In this document: positions 25,488 to 37,949 of the stretch, in pieces
Layout of the letters: the number at the start of each line of letters is the position of its first letter
Numbering within the stretch: the stretch's first letter is position 1
Assembly: GCF_004010195.1 (NCBI RefSeq)
Contig: NC_057720.1
Location: 8,935,491-8,999,490 of the forward strand
DNA: 64,000 bases
Origin: Chiloscyllium plagiosum
Lineage: Eukaryota
Direction of reading: 5' to 3'
The notes under the pieces: model-generated
The model's database searches: none
What the model saw: only the letters and a program-made list of their open reading frames with translations
What the model was told of the DNA's origin: nothing
Translations under genes and position numbers: made by a program

Positions 25488-27012
25488 GAATAGTTCAGTT
25501 ATAATATGCTTCCATCTAACTAGAATTCATGGCATTTAGACACAAAAATTAAATAACTTATAGACTGCTTCATGAGGAAATGTAGAGAAGGGACCATTAT
25601 GTGAATATTAATAGGAGGTGCTAGCATACTGAACTGTTCAGTTGATGATCACGTACAACCCATGCAAGCTTGCCAGAAGATTTTCTGAACAAACTCAAGG
25701 AATCAAAGAGTGGCTGTGTACAAAGCTATCCTTGCAGGCTAATGAAACTTACAGGTCCTGAGCAGAAACCCGACAGTTGACGCGATCACCAGAATGCCTA
25801 AAATTCGAAAGACATACGGTGGGGATAACCGCCCGCATGCACCAGGGAAATGTTCAGTTTCTCCTTGACCTTCTGTTTTTATTTCAGCATTCAATCAATT
25901 TTGCAAAACATGTGCCAGCAAAGGCCATTAGTGGAAGCAATACTCTGCAGAAAAGACTGATACAACTTCAAAAAGCCACTCAAAGAGGCAGATAGAAAGT
26001 CTACTTTGAAGTTACAGTAAAGGCAATCTGGTATTCCACCAGAGTGTAGACATAAAGTAGACTGAAAAACTGGAATCAGATGATATTCCCAACACGAAAA
26101 GAACAGTGGGCATGTTTTATACTGTGGGCCACATGGAAATCATTGATGTCATTACACTATCCAAGTGTTTGCAATAATTCAAATGATCTGTCCTCAGAAA
26201 ACTGGTGTCTCTTTGTTATTGGCTTAGATTCACACTGGGGAACATGCCAACATTGTACCTTTGTGAATTTAACTGGAACATACACCGACAGAGATGGGAA
26301 GCCATGGTGACGCCTACAAAAGTAAAACTTATAGTATACAACTGTTCATCCATTCCATATGCAGGGTCAATAGTACAGGAGTGTAATTACAATCAATCTG
26401 CCTGGAGGTCACAGATGGTTTACATCCTACACTCTGCTGAACCAGCAACTGCAGGGTTTGCCAGCATGCTGTGACCTCACATTAGTCACAATCAGTCACA
26501 TATCAGAGACCCAACATAAACTACAACAGTCTGTTCAGGGAACTCTTTGCACAACTGCATATGAAAGAAAAATAGAGAAAAATAATGAAACTTCAAGAGA
26601 AAAAAGCTGAACAATTTGTCTAGATTAAGTCCAAATTTGAGAATACCATTTCTGCGATTATGAAGTCCTTAGAGATTATTCTGTCCATTTTATGAAGATG
26701 AATGAAGACCTAAAAAAGGAAGAAAGGAAACAGGATGAACTTCAAACTCTGAATCATTAATGAAATTGCTGGTTTACACAAAGATCTGGAGCACGCCAGA
26801 GGTGAAACAGATCAGGCTCAGCAGCAGCAGCTACAGAAACATTGGCTTAAGCTCTAAACACTGCTGGAGAAAATGCAAAAGTAGGTAATGAGAGACTGAT
26901 TATTAGATCATGATCATTAACATGATGACAATAGCTTTTTTTCATCCTGACAAATGGAGTATATTCCATCATAGACTGGCTCTAGTGAGGAGGCTGTTGG
27001 GATCAATTGTTA

Positions 27013-27237
27013 GAAGAAAGTGAGGGCTGCAGATGCTGGAGATCAGGGTCAAAGAGTGTGATGCTGGAAAGGCACAGCTGATCAGGCAGCATCCGAGGAC
27101 AGGAGAATCAACGTTTCAGGAATAAGTCCTTCATCAGGAATTCCTGGTAAAGTGTTGATCCCTGAAATGTTGATTCTCCTGGTCCTCGGATGCTGCCTGA
27201 TCAGCTGTGATTTTCCAGCACCACACTCTTCAACACA
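27013..27237. mobile_element. PLE family 1 fold-back element
   Basis: Inverted arms centred on ggaattcc; both arms share private variants (cagctgatcagg / cctgatcagctg). Confidence 0.85.
27105..27144 (-). ncRNA. Minimal type I hammerhead ribozyme motif (intact core)
   Basis: Minus strand ggaattc-CTGATGA-AGGA-cttat-TCCT-GAA-ACGT-T-gattc; activity untested. Confidence 0.65.
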
Positions 27238-27684
27238 GTCAACTTTTAGGGCAGCATTTGTTAGATTGAGTTATTGGGCAGATTTTTGCAAGCCCCCACC
27301 AACTGATATGAGGATAGAGAGATGTGTTAAACCTAGCACATAGTCTCCAGTGTGGTTATGTACCTGCCCTTGCCCTACCTCTCATTTTAAGCAGTTCAGA
27401 AGAGCTCTCACATTCCTCAACCCCCTTTAGGCATATTAATACCTTTATAGAACATAGAACATAGAAGAATACACTGCTGTACAGGCCCTTCGGCCCTCGA
27501 TGTTGCGCCGATCCAAGCCCACCTAACCTACACTAGCCCACTATCCTCCATATGCCTATCTAATGCCCGCTTAAATGCCCATAATGAGGGAGAGTCCACC
27601 ACTGCTACTGGCAGGGCATTGCATGAACTCACGACTCGCTGAGTAAAGAATCTACCCCCTAACATCTGTCCTATACCTACCCCC

Positions 27685-27842
27685 NNNNNNNNNNNNNNNN
27701 NNNNNNNNNNNNNNNNNNNNNNNNNNNNNNNNNNNNNNNNNNNNNNNNNNNNNNNNNNNNNNNNNNNNNNNNNNNNNNNNNNNNNNNNNNNNNNNNNNNN
27801 NNNNNNNNNNNNNNNNNNNNNNNNNNNNNNNNNNNNNNNNNN
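27685..27842. other. Assembly gap (158 N)
   Basis: Run of N. Confidence 1.
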
Positions 27843-28254
27843 CCTCACCTTTCCTGTTCCTAACCTCAGCCCAAACTACCTCAGTGGATGAGTCCTCAAA
27901 GTTGTCTCAGCTTCTGTAATACTACCTTTGGTTAACAATGCCAAACCACCCCCTCTTTTACATCATCTCTGTTCTTACAGAAACATCTAAATTCTGGAAT
28001 CTGCAACAACCATCACTGTCCCTCCTCTAGCTATGTCTCTGAAATGGCCACAACATTGAAATCGCAGGTACCAACCCACGCTGCAAGTTCACCTACCTTA
28101 TTTCGTGTACTTCTTGCATTGAAGTATACACACTTCAAGCCACTTTCCTGTTTACAGACACCCTCCTTGGAAATTTATGCCATGTTCCTAACCTCCCTAC
28201 ACTCCAGGTCCTGCACCCTGAAGCTACAATCTGGGTTTCCATGCCCCTGCAGAG

Positions 28255-28965
28255 TTAGTTTAAACCCCTCCCAAGAGCACTAGCAAACCTCCCCCCAAGG
28301 ATACTGGTGCCCCTCAGTTTCAGGTGTAGACCATCCTGTTTATAGAGGTCCCACCTTTCCCAGAAAGAACCCCAGTTATCCAAAAACCGGAATCCCTCCC
28401 TCCTGCACCATCCCTGTAGCCACGCATTTAAGTGTTCTCTTTCCCTATTCCTCGAATCTCTATCACGTGGCACGGGTAACAAACCAGAGACAACAACTCT
28501 GTTCGTTCTAACTCTGAGCTTCCAACCTAGCTCCCTGAAAGCCTGTCTAACATCCTCAGCCCTCCTCCTACCTATGTCGTTGGTGCCAATGTGGTCCACG
28601 ACTTCGGGCTGCTCCCCCTCCCCCTTAAGGACCCGGAAAACACGATCAGAGACATCACGTACCCTTGCACCTGGGAGGCAACATACCAAACGTGAGTCTC
28701 TCTCGTTCCCACAAAACCGCCTATCTGTGCCCCGAACTATCTAGTCCCCAATTACTATTGCTCTGCTCTTCTCCACCCTTCCCTTCTGAGTAACAGGGAC
28801 AGGCACCGTGCCAGAGGCCTGAGCCCCGTTACTTACCCCTGGTAAGTCGTCCCCCCCACAAGTATCCAAAACGGTATACTTGTTCTTGAGGGGAACGGCC
28901 GCAGGGGGTCCCGGCACTGGCTGCTTCCTCCCAGTCCCCCTCACTGTCACCCATCTATCTGCCAT
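28255..28965 (-). pseudogene. CR1 ORF1 with SGNH/GDSL esterase domain, disrupted
   Basis: AIVIGD* (the Ser of GDS is replaced by TAG), CLPGARV, HIGTND, VVVSGLLP, DGLHL. Confidence 0.88.
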
Positions 28966-29594
28966 CTTTGGAGTTACTACTTCCCTAAAGCTCTGATCTA
29001 TGACCCCCTCTGCCTCCCGAATGTACCCAATAAATGGCCACTTGTCTCATCTTTAACCCCAGTGATTGGTGCTTTCCTCACAGCACAGGGAGCTGTGCCA
29101 AGCAAGAACTAAGGCAGTTTTCACAAGGAAAAGGACTTTTCCCTCTTTTGAGGGTTCTCTGCATATATCCAAGGCAGTCCATCAAGGATTCCCTTGGAGC
29201 ATCTCCACTTCCGACCTCTCAACCTTAGTCTCCTAACTCCCTCTTTCCCCTCTCTGGGGCCTTCAAACTAAGTCCCTCCAATACCCCAGACACACCTTCA
29301 GTCCAAGTCGAAAAGTGTGGCACTGGAAAAGCACAGCACCTTTCGACTCTGACGCTTCAGTATCTGCAGTCCTCACTTCCTCCGAGCCGCTGAAGACCTC
29401 CAATCCAGCTTCTCTTCTCCGGGCACTGCCTGTAGTCCCTACAGTGGCCACCACTCAAGGTAGGCGCTGGTGAGGCTGCAGTGTTGCTGGCTATCCAATT
29501 GGCCAGAAGTTCAAAAGATGGGTTTAACAATTTCATCCCAATCCTATTATCGCCTCTTTCTCTTTTAGCTCTTCATTCATTTCCATAAAATGAA

Positions 29595-29910
29595 TAGGTG
29601 GCATATGGCTCAGTGATTAGCACTGCTGCCTCACAGCACCAGGTCCCAGGTTTGATTCCAGCCTCGGGTGACTATCCGTGTGGAGTTTGCACGTTCTCTC
29701 CTTGTCTGTGTGGGTTTCCTCCAGGTGCTCTGGTTTCCTCCCACAGTCTAATGATGTGCAGGTCAGGTGGATTGGCCATGCTAAATTGCCTGTAGTGTTA
29801 GGTACATTAGTCAGAGAGGGAATGGGTTTGAGTGGGTTACTCTTTGGAGGGTCGAAGTGGCCTTGTTGGGCCGAAATACCTGTTTCCGCACTGTAGGGAA
29901 TCTAATCTAA
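29595..29910 (+). mobile_element. HE1-type V-SINE
   Basis: Head, V domain and tail. Confidence 0.88.
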
Positions 29911-30279
29911 GATCTGAATGAGCAGAATATTCTCTAAGCATGACATGGTGATGGGGCAAGAGGGTAGTATCAATGTGGATACATTCTCCCTGAAGTATTC
30001 AGATGATGAGTCAGGAAATCCCACATCCAGGAGCTCTTGCCTATTGTGATAAAAACACTCCTTCTTTGCATGTAGGACTTTATTGATTCATTCACAGGAC
30101 TGCAGGTGGGGTCTGCATTTATTGCATATCTCTAATTGCCCTGGCAAAGATGACCTCTGAAACTGCTGTCAATCCATGAGGTGTAGGGACATCCACAGTA
30201 CTGCTGGGGAGTTCCAGTGAAGAAGTTACAAACCACAGTGGTGTATGGCTTGGAAAGAGGTTTGAGGATGGTGGAGCCC

Positions 30280-30635
30280 TTTATTCATTGATGGGATAAG
30301 GGCATCACTGGCTAGGCCAGCATTCATTGTGCATCCCTAGTTGCTCAGAGATCAGTTAAGAGTCAACGACTTTGCTGCGGGCCTGGAGTCACATATCAGC
30401 CAGACCAAATGAGGATGGCAATTTCCTCCTCTAAAGGGCATTAATGAAACAAGTAGTTTTTTTTTCCTGACAATGGGTTCATGGTCATCATTAGACTCTT
30501 AACCCCAGAATTCTTTTTAAATTAAGTTGAAATTCTATAATTTGCCATAGGGGATTTGAACACGGGTCCCCAGTGTATTACCTGGGTCGCTGGAGTAACA
30601 GCCCAAAGATAATACCAATACGCCATTGCCTCCCC
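30280..30635 (-). mobile_element. tRNA-derived SINE family B, near full length
   Basis: Minus-strand head ggaggcaatggcgtattggtatta...gtgttcaaatccc; tail atcccatcaatgaataa shared with LINE B. Confidence 0.8.
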
Positions 30636-31179
30636 TAATATAGCTGCTGTTCCTTGTCCTGTCAGGTCATGGAAGCTGTGAGGTTAGAAGCTACTATTGG
30701 TGTGTGACTGTGCATTAGTGGGGCAAATGAAGGAACTTTTATGAGTTTATGCAACGTACTTAGCTAGGATTTAAAACAGGTCGACATCCTATCAGGAGAA
30801 CACAATATTGCTTTGAATTTTTACTCTTTGTTTGTTGAAATGACAGATATAGATTCTTGCCACTAAACCCAAGGGAATATTGTTCTTCAATCTACCTGCT
30901 TGTGACACTGGCAGGGAAAGTTTATGACTATAATTTTTCTTTGCAATCCACATGAACCCGTTAAATTAGTGATAACTCCCCTCATTTCAACATGTCTTCA
31001 TTGTTAGTCTCAGTTGTAATTAGTTCTAGTCTGCCTTTAAGAGTCTTTTGTTTACAGTATTTTTCTTGTAAGCAGCCCCTGTGGCAGCGAACTGAGTGGT
31101 AGTAGATCAATACTTGTGATTTAGATGGCTTTAAAACGTTCACCAGGGGGTATACAGAGTTTCTTCTCCATTTTCATGT

Positions 31180-31370
31180 CTTTTAGATGAGACAATAAAC
31201 TAACGCCAGCTCAGGTGGATGTCAAACATCCCATAGCACTATTCCGAAGACTATTGTGGATTTCTTCCTGGTATCCTGGTCAATATTTGTCCTTTGACCA
31301 ACATCACAAGGACAGAAAATCAGACTATTATCACATTGTAGGTTGCATGATTTTGCAGCAGAATTTGACT
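31180..31370 (+). mobile_element. Deu-SINE core remnant
   Basis: gatgagacaataaac...ctcaggtggatgtcaaacatcccatagcactatt...tcctggtcaatattt. Confidence 0.65.
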
Positions 31371-31627
31371 GCTGCAAAACTATGAACAGATCTTTGTTCT
31401 CCTGAACCATGATGTCACTATATATTGCTGTTACTGAATGTATTCAGTTGAAAATGTCAATGGGAAACCTATCCTATGGTTTACCACAAAGCACATCCAT
31501 CAGGTCACCCTGCCATATTTTAAGATTTTATTAAAGTTGAAAGGGTACAACAAAAATTTGCAAGAATGTTACCGAGACCGGAAGGTTTGTTTTATGAGAG
31601 GGACTGGGCCTTTCTTCCCTGTTGTCT

Positions 31628-32010
31628 AGGTGAAAGGTGACCTTATCAAGATTTATAAAATCATGAGGGGCTTGGATAGGGTGAATAGCCAAAGTCTTTT
31701 CCTGAGGATAGGGGAGTTCAAAGATAAAGGTCATAGGTTTAAGATGAAAGGAGAAAGATTTGAAAGGGACTTGAGCAGCAACTTTTTCCACACAGAGGGT
31801 AGTGTGTGTATGGAATGAGCTGCCAGAGGAAGTGGTAGAGGCTGGTACAATTACAACATTTAAAACACATTTGGACAGGTACATGGATAGAGTTTGGAGT
31901 GATATGGGCCAAGTGCAAACAAATGGGTTTAGTTCAGTTTTGGAAACCTGGTTGGCATGGACGAGTTGGGCCGAAGGGTCTATTTCCGTGCTGTATGACT
32001 CCATAACTCT
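31628..32010 (+). mobile_element. HER1/CR1 LINE 3' fragment
   Basis: KGDLIKIYKIMRGLDRVNSQSLF; WNELPEEVVEAGTITTFK. Confidence 0.88.
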
Positions 32011-32869
32011 CGAACTCTCATATAGTTGGACGGGATGAACCTTCTCCTATCCCTCTTTATCTTCATTTAACAACAGCTTTGCAACATCACAGAGAACCCA
32101 CTGACATGTTTGGAAGACATTGCTTTTGATTTAAAATATCCAGCATGAAGGAGTATAAAACAGCATTTTAACTTGTAGAGAAAATGAGGCACAAAACGCT
32201 TCTTTCCAATAACCATCATCGGAATCTTTTTTCATACAAAATCCTTCATGAGAAAGAACAGAACAAATGCTCAAATCTGACTTGTAGGTTCAGCATCAGT
32301 CTTAGCATGGATCTGGTTACACTACACTGCAGTGGTATCAATTATTGCAAGGACACCACTGCAAAATTTGACCTGTTAAAATTTTGTCCAATGTTTGAGA
32401 GAGTTATTAAGTAGGGAGCTGGCATAAGTAAAAAACTTCGCTGACTCAGCATTTGCCAGCAATGATCGACAATCAATGGAGGCAGAAGGTGAAGATAGCA
32501 GTACAAAATGGCATGATTCAATAATTCAATCCATAATCCTTTCATGCTTGGGAGTGCTGAAGTCATCCTTAAATTTTTTGGACTTTAAAATTGAAAGAAT
32601 GCAATATTCTGAACGTTCTGCTGGTTCTCATTGATGGAAGAACTTTATATTTGAGCTTTAGTTGAGGGAAAAGAAAAATGTTTGCTTCCTTTGTTTAGAC
32701 AGCTTTTTAAAATTCATTCACAGCTTTTGTTATCCGTTAGTAGTTACCCTTCAGAAGGTTGGTGGTGAGCCGTCTTCATAGATCATTCTGGATTGTAGGT
32801 GTGTGGGTACACTCACAGCTCAAAGTTCCAAGGTTTTGACCCAGCCACAGTGCAGGAACAATGACATAG

Positions 32870-33147
32870 TGCGGCACGGTGGCACAGTGGTTAGCACTGT
32901 TGCCTCACAGTGCCAGAGACCCGGGTTCAATTCCCGCCTCAGGCGACTGACTGTGTGGTTTTGCACATTTGCCCAGTGTCTGCGTGGGTTTCCTCCCACA
33001 GTCCAAAAATGTGCAGGTTAGGTGAATTGATCATGCTAAATTGACCGTAGTGTTAGGTGAAGGGGTAAATGTAGGGGGGGTAGGTTGCAGGTTGGTGTGG
33101 ACTTATTGGGCTGAAGGGCCTATTTCCACACTGTAAGTAAGTAATCT
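32870..33147 (+). mobile_element. HE1-type V-SINE nested in a minus-strand LINE B fragment (~32705-33590)
   Basis: Same subfamily as 1471-1795 (cccgcctcaggcgactgactg); host shows gatggtgtcgagcttcttgagtgctgttggagctgcacccatccagg. Confidence 0.88.
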
Positions 33148-33820
33148 ATAGTTTGAAGTCGGATAGTAGTGACTTGGAAGGAACTTACAGGTGCTGGTGT
33201 TGCCATGTATCTGCTACCACTGTCCTTCATGGTGGTAAAGATTGTGGGTTTGGAAGATGCTATCAAAGAATCTTTGGTGAATTTCTTGCAGACACCACAC
33301 ACTGCTGCTACTGAGTGTCAGTGGTACAGGTAGTGGATGCTTGTGGATTTGGTGCCAATCAAGCGGGTTGCTTTATATTGGATGGTGTCGAGCTTCTTGA
33401 GTGCTGTTGGAGCTGCACCCATCCAGGCAAGTGGAGAATATTCCATCACACTCTCGAATGCCACCCTGTTGGAAAACTTTGAGGAGTCAGGGTGAGTTAC
33501 TCACTGCACTAATTCTAGTCTACGACCTGCTGTTGTAGCCTCAATATTTAGATGACTTGTCCAGTTCAGTCTCTAATCAACCAGAGTACTGACATTCCAC
33601 CATCGCACTTCTGTTTATTCATTCCTAAGATGTGGACAACACTGGCTAAACCAGCATTTATTGTCCATCCCTAGTTGCCCTTGAGAAGCTGTCTTATGAA
33701 CTGTTGCAGCTTGACCCCCTACGCCCTTAGAGAGAGCATTCTAGTATTTTGGCCCAGCAACACTGAAGGAACAGCAATGTATTTCCAAATCAATATTAAC
33801 TATTCCTCCAACCTAGCTAC

Positions 33821-34150
33821 TTAGAATCCCTACAGTGTGGGAAAAGGCCCTTCAGCCCACCAAGTCCACACCAACCCTCTAAAGAGTAACCCAGCCAGAT
33901 CCATTCCCCTACCCTATTATCCCTGACTAATGCACCTAACCTACATATCCATGAACATTATGCACAATTTAGCTTGGCCAATCCACTTAACCTGTACACC
34001 TTTCGACTGTGGGAGGAAGCAGGAGCACCTGGAGGAAACCCACGCAGACACGGGGAGAATGTGAAAACTCCACACAGCCAATCACCTGAGGGTGGAATCA
34101 AACCCGTGTCCCTGGCGGTGGAGGCAGCAATGCTAACCACTGAGCGACCG
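33821..34150 (-). mobile_element. HE1-type V-SINE
   Basis: Head, V domain and tail. Confidence 0.85.
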
Positions 34151-35014
34151 CACCTCCATGCTGTTTGACCACCAGGCCACACAGTTTACTTGTCCTGAGC
34201 TACATCCTGTCTGAACACTCCCTAAATCATTGTGATTCTATCTCCATTGTCCAATGCAGAGTCACATTACACCCTGCAGTACATCTTCCCCTGTGTTGTG
34301 CAATTGAATTGGAGAGATGCCATGAGGATCATGAGGGGTTGCCCGTTCTGAAATGCCAGCATCTGGGAACTCTGGGTACATGTGGTTGGTGCCCATGGAT
34401 CTGTGATGCTAGTTGGTGCTAACAACATGGAGGCTTCTGGTAGCCCGGGACGGGCTGAAGTCACAAGGAACCTGATTGGGCTTCCATGCCGAGAATTCTT
34501 GGTTTCTAGTTTGCTCGTGGACTGGTGGTTGGATAGGAGGCTGCTTCATAATGAAGTGAGATACGTGGTTAATAGGCTCTTTAAAAGGAACAATTCCCCT
34601 TAATATACAACCCACCACAACAAGAGAGAGTCTCACCTCGACATCTAGAACTCAGTTAAAAGACACGGCAAGTTGCTCCCAGTTGGACTCGTTGGATTTT
34701 GCCACATTTCTTACCATAGCCCGTGTCAGTCAGATCTCTATTAAATTCCACCCATTATCACATGGTTGATGTTAACTGACACTGCTTCATGCAATTACAA
34801 GACTGGAAGAGCATTCAACATATCCTTCAATCCTGGAGCTTGGTATCCCTCAGAATGGAGTAGAGATTATAGTGTTTGCTATTATGAAAAGGCTTTCTGT
34901 TCATCTAGCATTGTCTAGACCAGAATTAAGGCAGTGTTGAACACAGTGTTCAGATATCATGTTTACGAAATATTTAGATGTGCACTTGTAATGCTAAGGC
35001 ATACAAGGCTGTGG

Positions 35015-35530
35015 TTCTGGATTAGTGGTGCTGGAAGAGCACAGCAGTTCATGCAGCATCCGAGGAGCAGTAAAATCGATGTTTCGGGCAAAAGCCCTTC
35101 ATCAGGAATAAAGGCAGAGGGCCTGAAGGGTGGAGAGACCTGGGAGTCCTTGCAAGAGGATTCGCAGTAGGGTTAAAATCAACTAGATAAAAACAATGAC
35201 TGTAGATGCTGGAAATCCAGAATCTGGTTTCCAGCACCTGCAGTCATTGTTTTTACCTAGTTGATTTTAACCCTACTGCGAATCCTCTTGCAAGGATACC
35301 TGCCTGAAGAAGTTTTCCTCCTCTCTCTACAAGAATCTCAGGTAGTCCCTCTCCCACTGCAACTCCCAGGTCTCTCCACCCTTCAGGCTCTCTGCCTTTA
35401 TTCCTGATGAAGGGCTTTTGCCCAAAACGTCGATTTTACTGCTCCTCGGATGCTGCCTGAACTGCTGTGCTCTTCCAGCACCACTAATCCAGAATCTGGT
35501 TTCCAGCATTTGCAGTCATTGTTTTTGCCT
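35015..35530. mobile_element. Palindromic, ORF-deleted mini-Penelope with two hammerhead motifs
   Basis: Large inverted repeat centred ~35222; hammerhead motifs at 35073-35107 (-) and 35399-35436 (+); TSD atacaa(g/a)gctgtgg at 35001-35014 and 35531-35544. Confidence 0.88.
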
Positions 35531-35893
35531 ATACAAAGCTGTGGGTCAAGTGCTGGAAAATTTGTTTTTGACTTGATAGGCCAAAGCATCCACTTCAGTG
35601 CTGTGATTATATGCAATTAGAATGACAATTCGAGATGTATTTCTGATGTGAATCATCGTAAAAGGAGTGAGTAAGGTAACTGCAGTGGAAGGAGAAGGAT
35701 GGAGACTGGTCATGTCTTGATACAGGCCTACAATAAAGTCAGTAATGATCAGCTGTGTGGGCCATTGTGAAGTTTAAGTTGTAGAGCAGATATACTGTGG
35801 GAAATTTTTAAGTTGCAGCTAAATCACAAAGGGCTTTCAATCGTAGAAAATCATGTCGGTCCCAGTCAACCCAATAGGAGTTCTGTATTGTGG

Positions 35894-36012
35894 AGAAAGT
35901 GAGGACTGCAGATGCTAGAGACCAGAGTTGAAAAATGTGGTGCTGGAAAAACATAGCAGGCCAGGCAGCATCCGAGGAGCAGGAGAATTGACATTTCGGG
36001 CATAAGCCCTTC
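35894..36012 (-). mobile_element. PLE family 1 terminal repeat
   Basis: 13-bp TSD ttctgtattgtgg at 35881-35893 and 36013-36025. Confidence 0.85.
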
Positions 36013-36915
36013 TTCTGTATTGTGGGTTTTGTGTAGAATTCCGGACATATCACAGGAGGTTTGTACTAGGAATTTTGTGATTTAGTAACTAAATAAATCT
36101 AAGGTTGAGCCAAACTTTGGCATGTGCAAGAACTGTTGTAAGGCAGACAAGCCCTTACCTCATCTCACCTCTCAAATTCAGCTCTTTTGTCCATGTTTGG
36201 CCCAAGATTTGTAAGGAGGTGAAGAGCTGAGTGGTCCTGGCAAATTCCAAACTGGACATGACTGAGCAGGTAATTGCTGAATAGGTGCTGCTTGCCATTA
36301 CTGTTGATGATGTCACTTCCCATCACTTTACTGATGAGTGAGAGTAGACTGATGAGGTGGTAATTGTCTGGGTTGAATTTAACCGACTTTATGTTGATAT
36401 GGCCAACTTGGGCAACTTTCCACGTTGTCAGATAGCATTGAGATTAGTGTTCCTAGACAATCATTCAGCCTTGAGGATAGAGAAATAATTTGCATTTATG
36501 TCATATCTTGCATGGCCTCTGAATGTCCCAAAGCACTTTGCAGCTAATGAATTGCTTTTGAAGTGTAGTCAATATTGTAATGTAGGAAGCACAGCAGCCA
36601 TGAGATATTACTCGACATTTTCATCTTGCAGTATCAAAGCTTTTGGACAGAGGGACTACCTGCTGTTCTGTTGGAGTCATGTGTAGGTCACACTAGATGA
36701 AAGGAAGCAGGTTCCCTCTTGCAGAAATTTCTATTCTGAGAGCAACCAAACAGCTTTCTTGGTCATTTTCTTGTCAGCAACTGGCCACAATTTGTTGAAT
36801 TTAAGCTCATCATTTTGCATGGTGGGACTGAGCCCATTGACCTGAAAGAAGGTCAAAAAAAAGGCAAAGTCACCATGCTCTTACCAGATTATAGGGCTGC
36901 TGTTATTGGAGAGTG

Positions 36916-37660
36916 ATGCACAGACAATAAGTTCTCCCCCAATGTCAGCAAAACAAAGGAGCTGGTCATCGACTTCAGGAAGGACTCGCCTCTGTCTCTA
37001 CTGATGATGCTGAGGTGGAAATGGTCAAGAGCTTCAAGTTCCTCAGAGTAAATGACAGCAACAACCTGTCCTGGTCCATCCACATCAACACTACAGTCAA
37101 GAACGCAGGCCAACACATCTACTTCCTCAGTAGGCTAAGGAAATTCAGCATGTCACAATGACTCTTCCCAATTTTAAAGATGCACAATAGAAAAGATTCT
37201 ATCCAAAAGAATCACAGCTTGCTATGGCAACTGCTCCATCCAAGACTGCAAGAAATTACAGAGAGTTGTGAATGTAGCCCAGTCCATCATGAAAACTATC
37301 CTTCCTTCCATTGACTCCATTTTACTTCCTGCTATCTCAGGAAAGCAGCCAACATAATCAAAGACCACTCCCGCCCTGTTATACTCTCTTCCATCGGACA
37401 GAAGATACAGAAGTTTGAACACACCTACCAACAAATTCAAGAACAGCTTCTTCTCTGCTGTTATCAGACTTATGAACAGACCTCTCATGTATTAGAGTTG
37501 AGCTTTCTCTGTGCCTTCTCTGCCGTCATAACATTATCTTCTGCTTTCTGTTCTATGACGCTGATTATATTTATGTAAGTTATGATACATTTGGTTGGCA
37601 CGCAAAACAATATTTTTCACTATATCTCGATCCATGTCACAATAATAAATCAAATCAAAA
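36916..37660 (+). mobile_element. Rex1/Babar LINE 3' fragment nested in a family C SINE (36860-37830)
   Basis: aatgtcagcaaaacaaaggagctggtcatcgacttcaggaag (NVSKTKELVIDFRK); (aaatc)n tail. Confidence 0.85.
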
Positions 37661-37949
37661 ATGACTGGTGGTGGATTTAACCTGAGTGTCATCCACACCT
37701 CAAGCAAGGGGAATGGATGAAGGGAGAGTCCTTCATGGTAACCTCAGCCAATGTGGGATTCAAAGCCAAGTTTGGTGGCATCATTCTGCAGCACAAATCA
37801 GCCATCCAATCACTGAGCTAACTGACCCTTAAAAGAACTACTTAAAGTCATAAGGGGTTTGGACAAAGTAGAGACAACAAATCTGTTCCCATTTCTGGAA
37901 AGATCAAGAACTAGAAGGCACATATTTGAGGTAAAATAAATATAGAACT

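Larger units (their letters stand above)
27448..29022 (-). mobile_element. HER1/CR1 LINE spanning an assembly gap (ORF1 + APE start, gap, 3' tail)
   Basis: Tail and RT end at 27448-27684; APE N-terminus at 27843-28090; ORF1 at 28255-28965. Confidence 0.85.

Noticed and set aside
34170..34780. Cluster of overlapping short ORFs
   Set aside because: No recognisable domain; probably a decayed repeat, and I could not support a family call.
35365..35375. Splicing as the cause of the mini-Penelope deletion
   Set aside because: The GT after CAG is retained in both deleted copies and the 3' landing sites lack a common acceptor.
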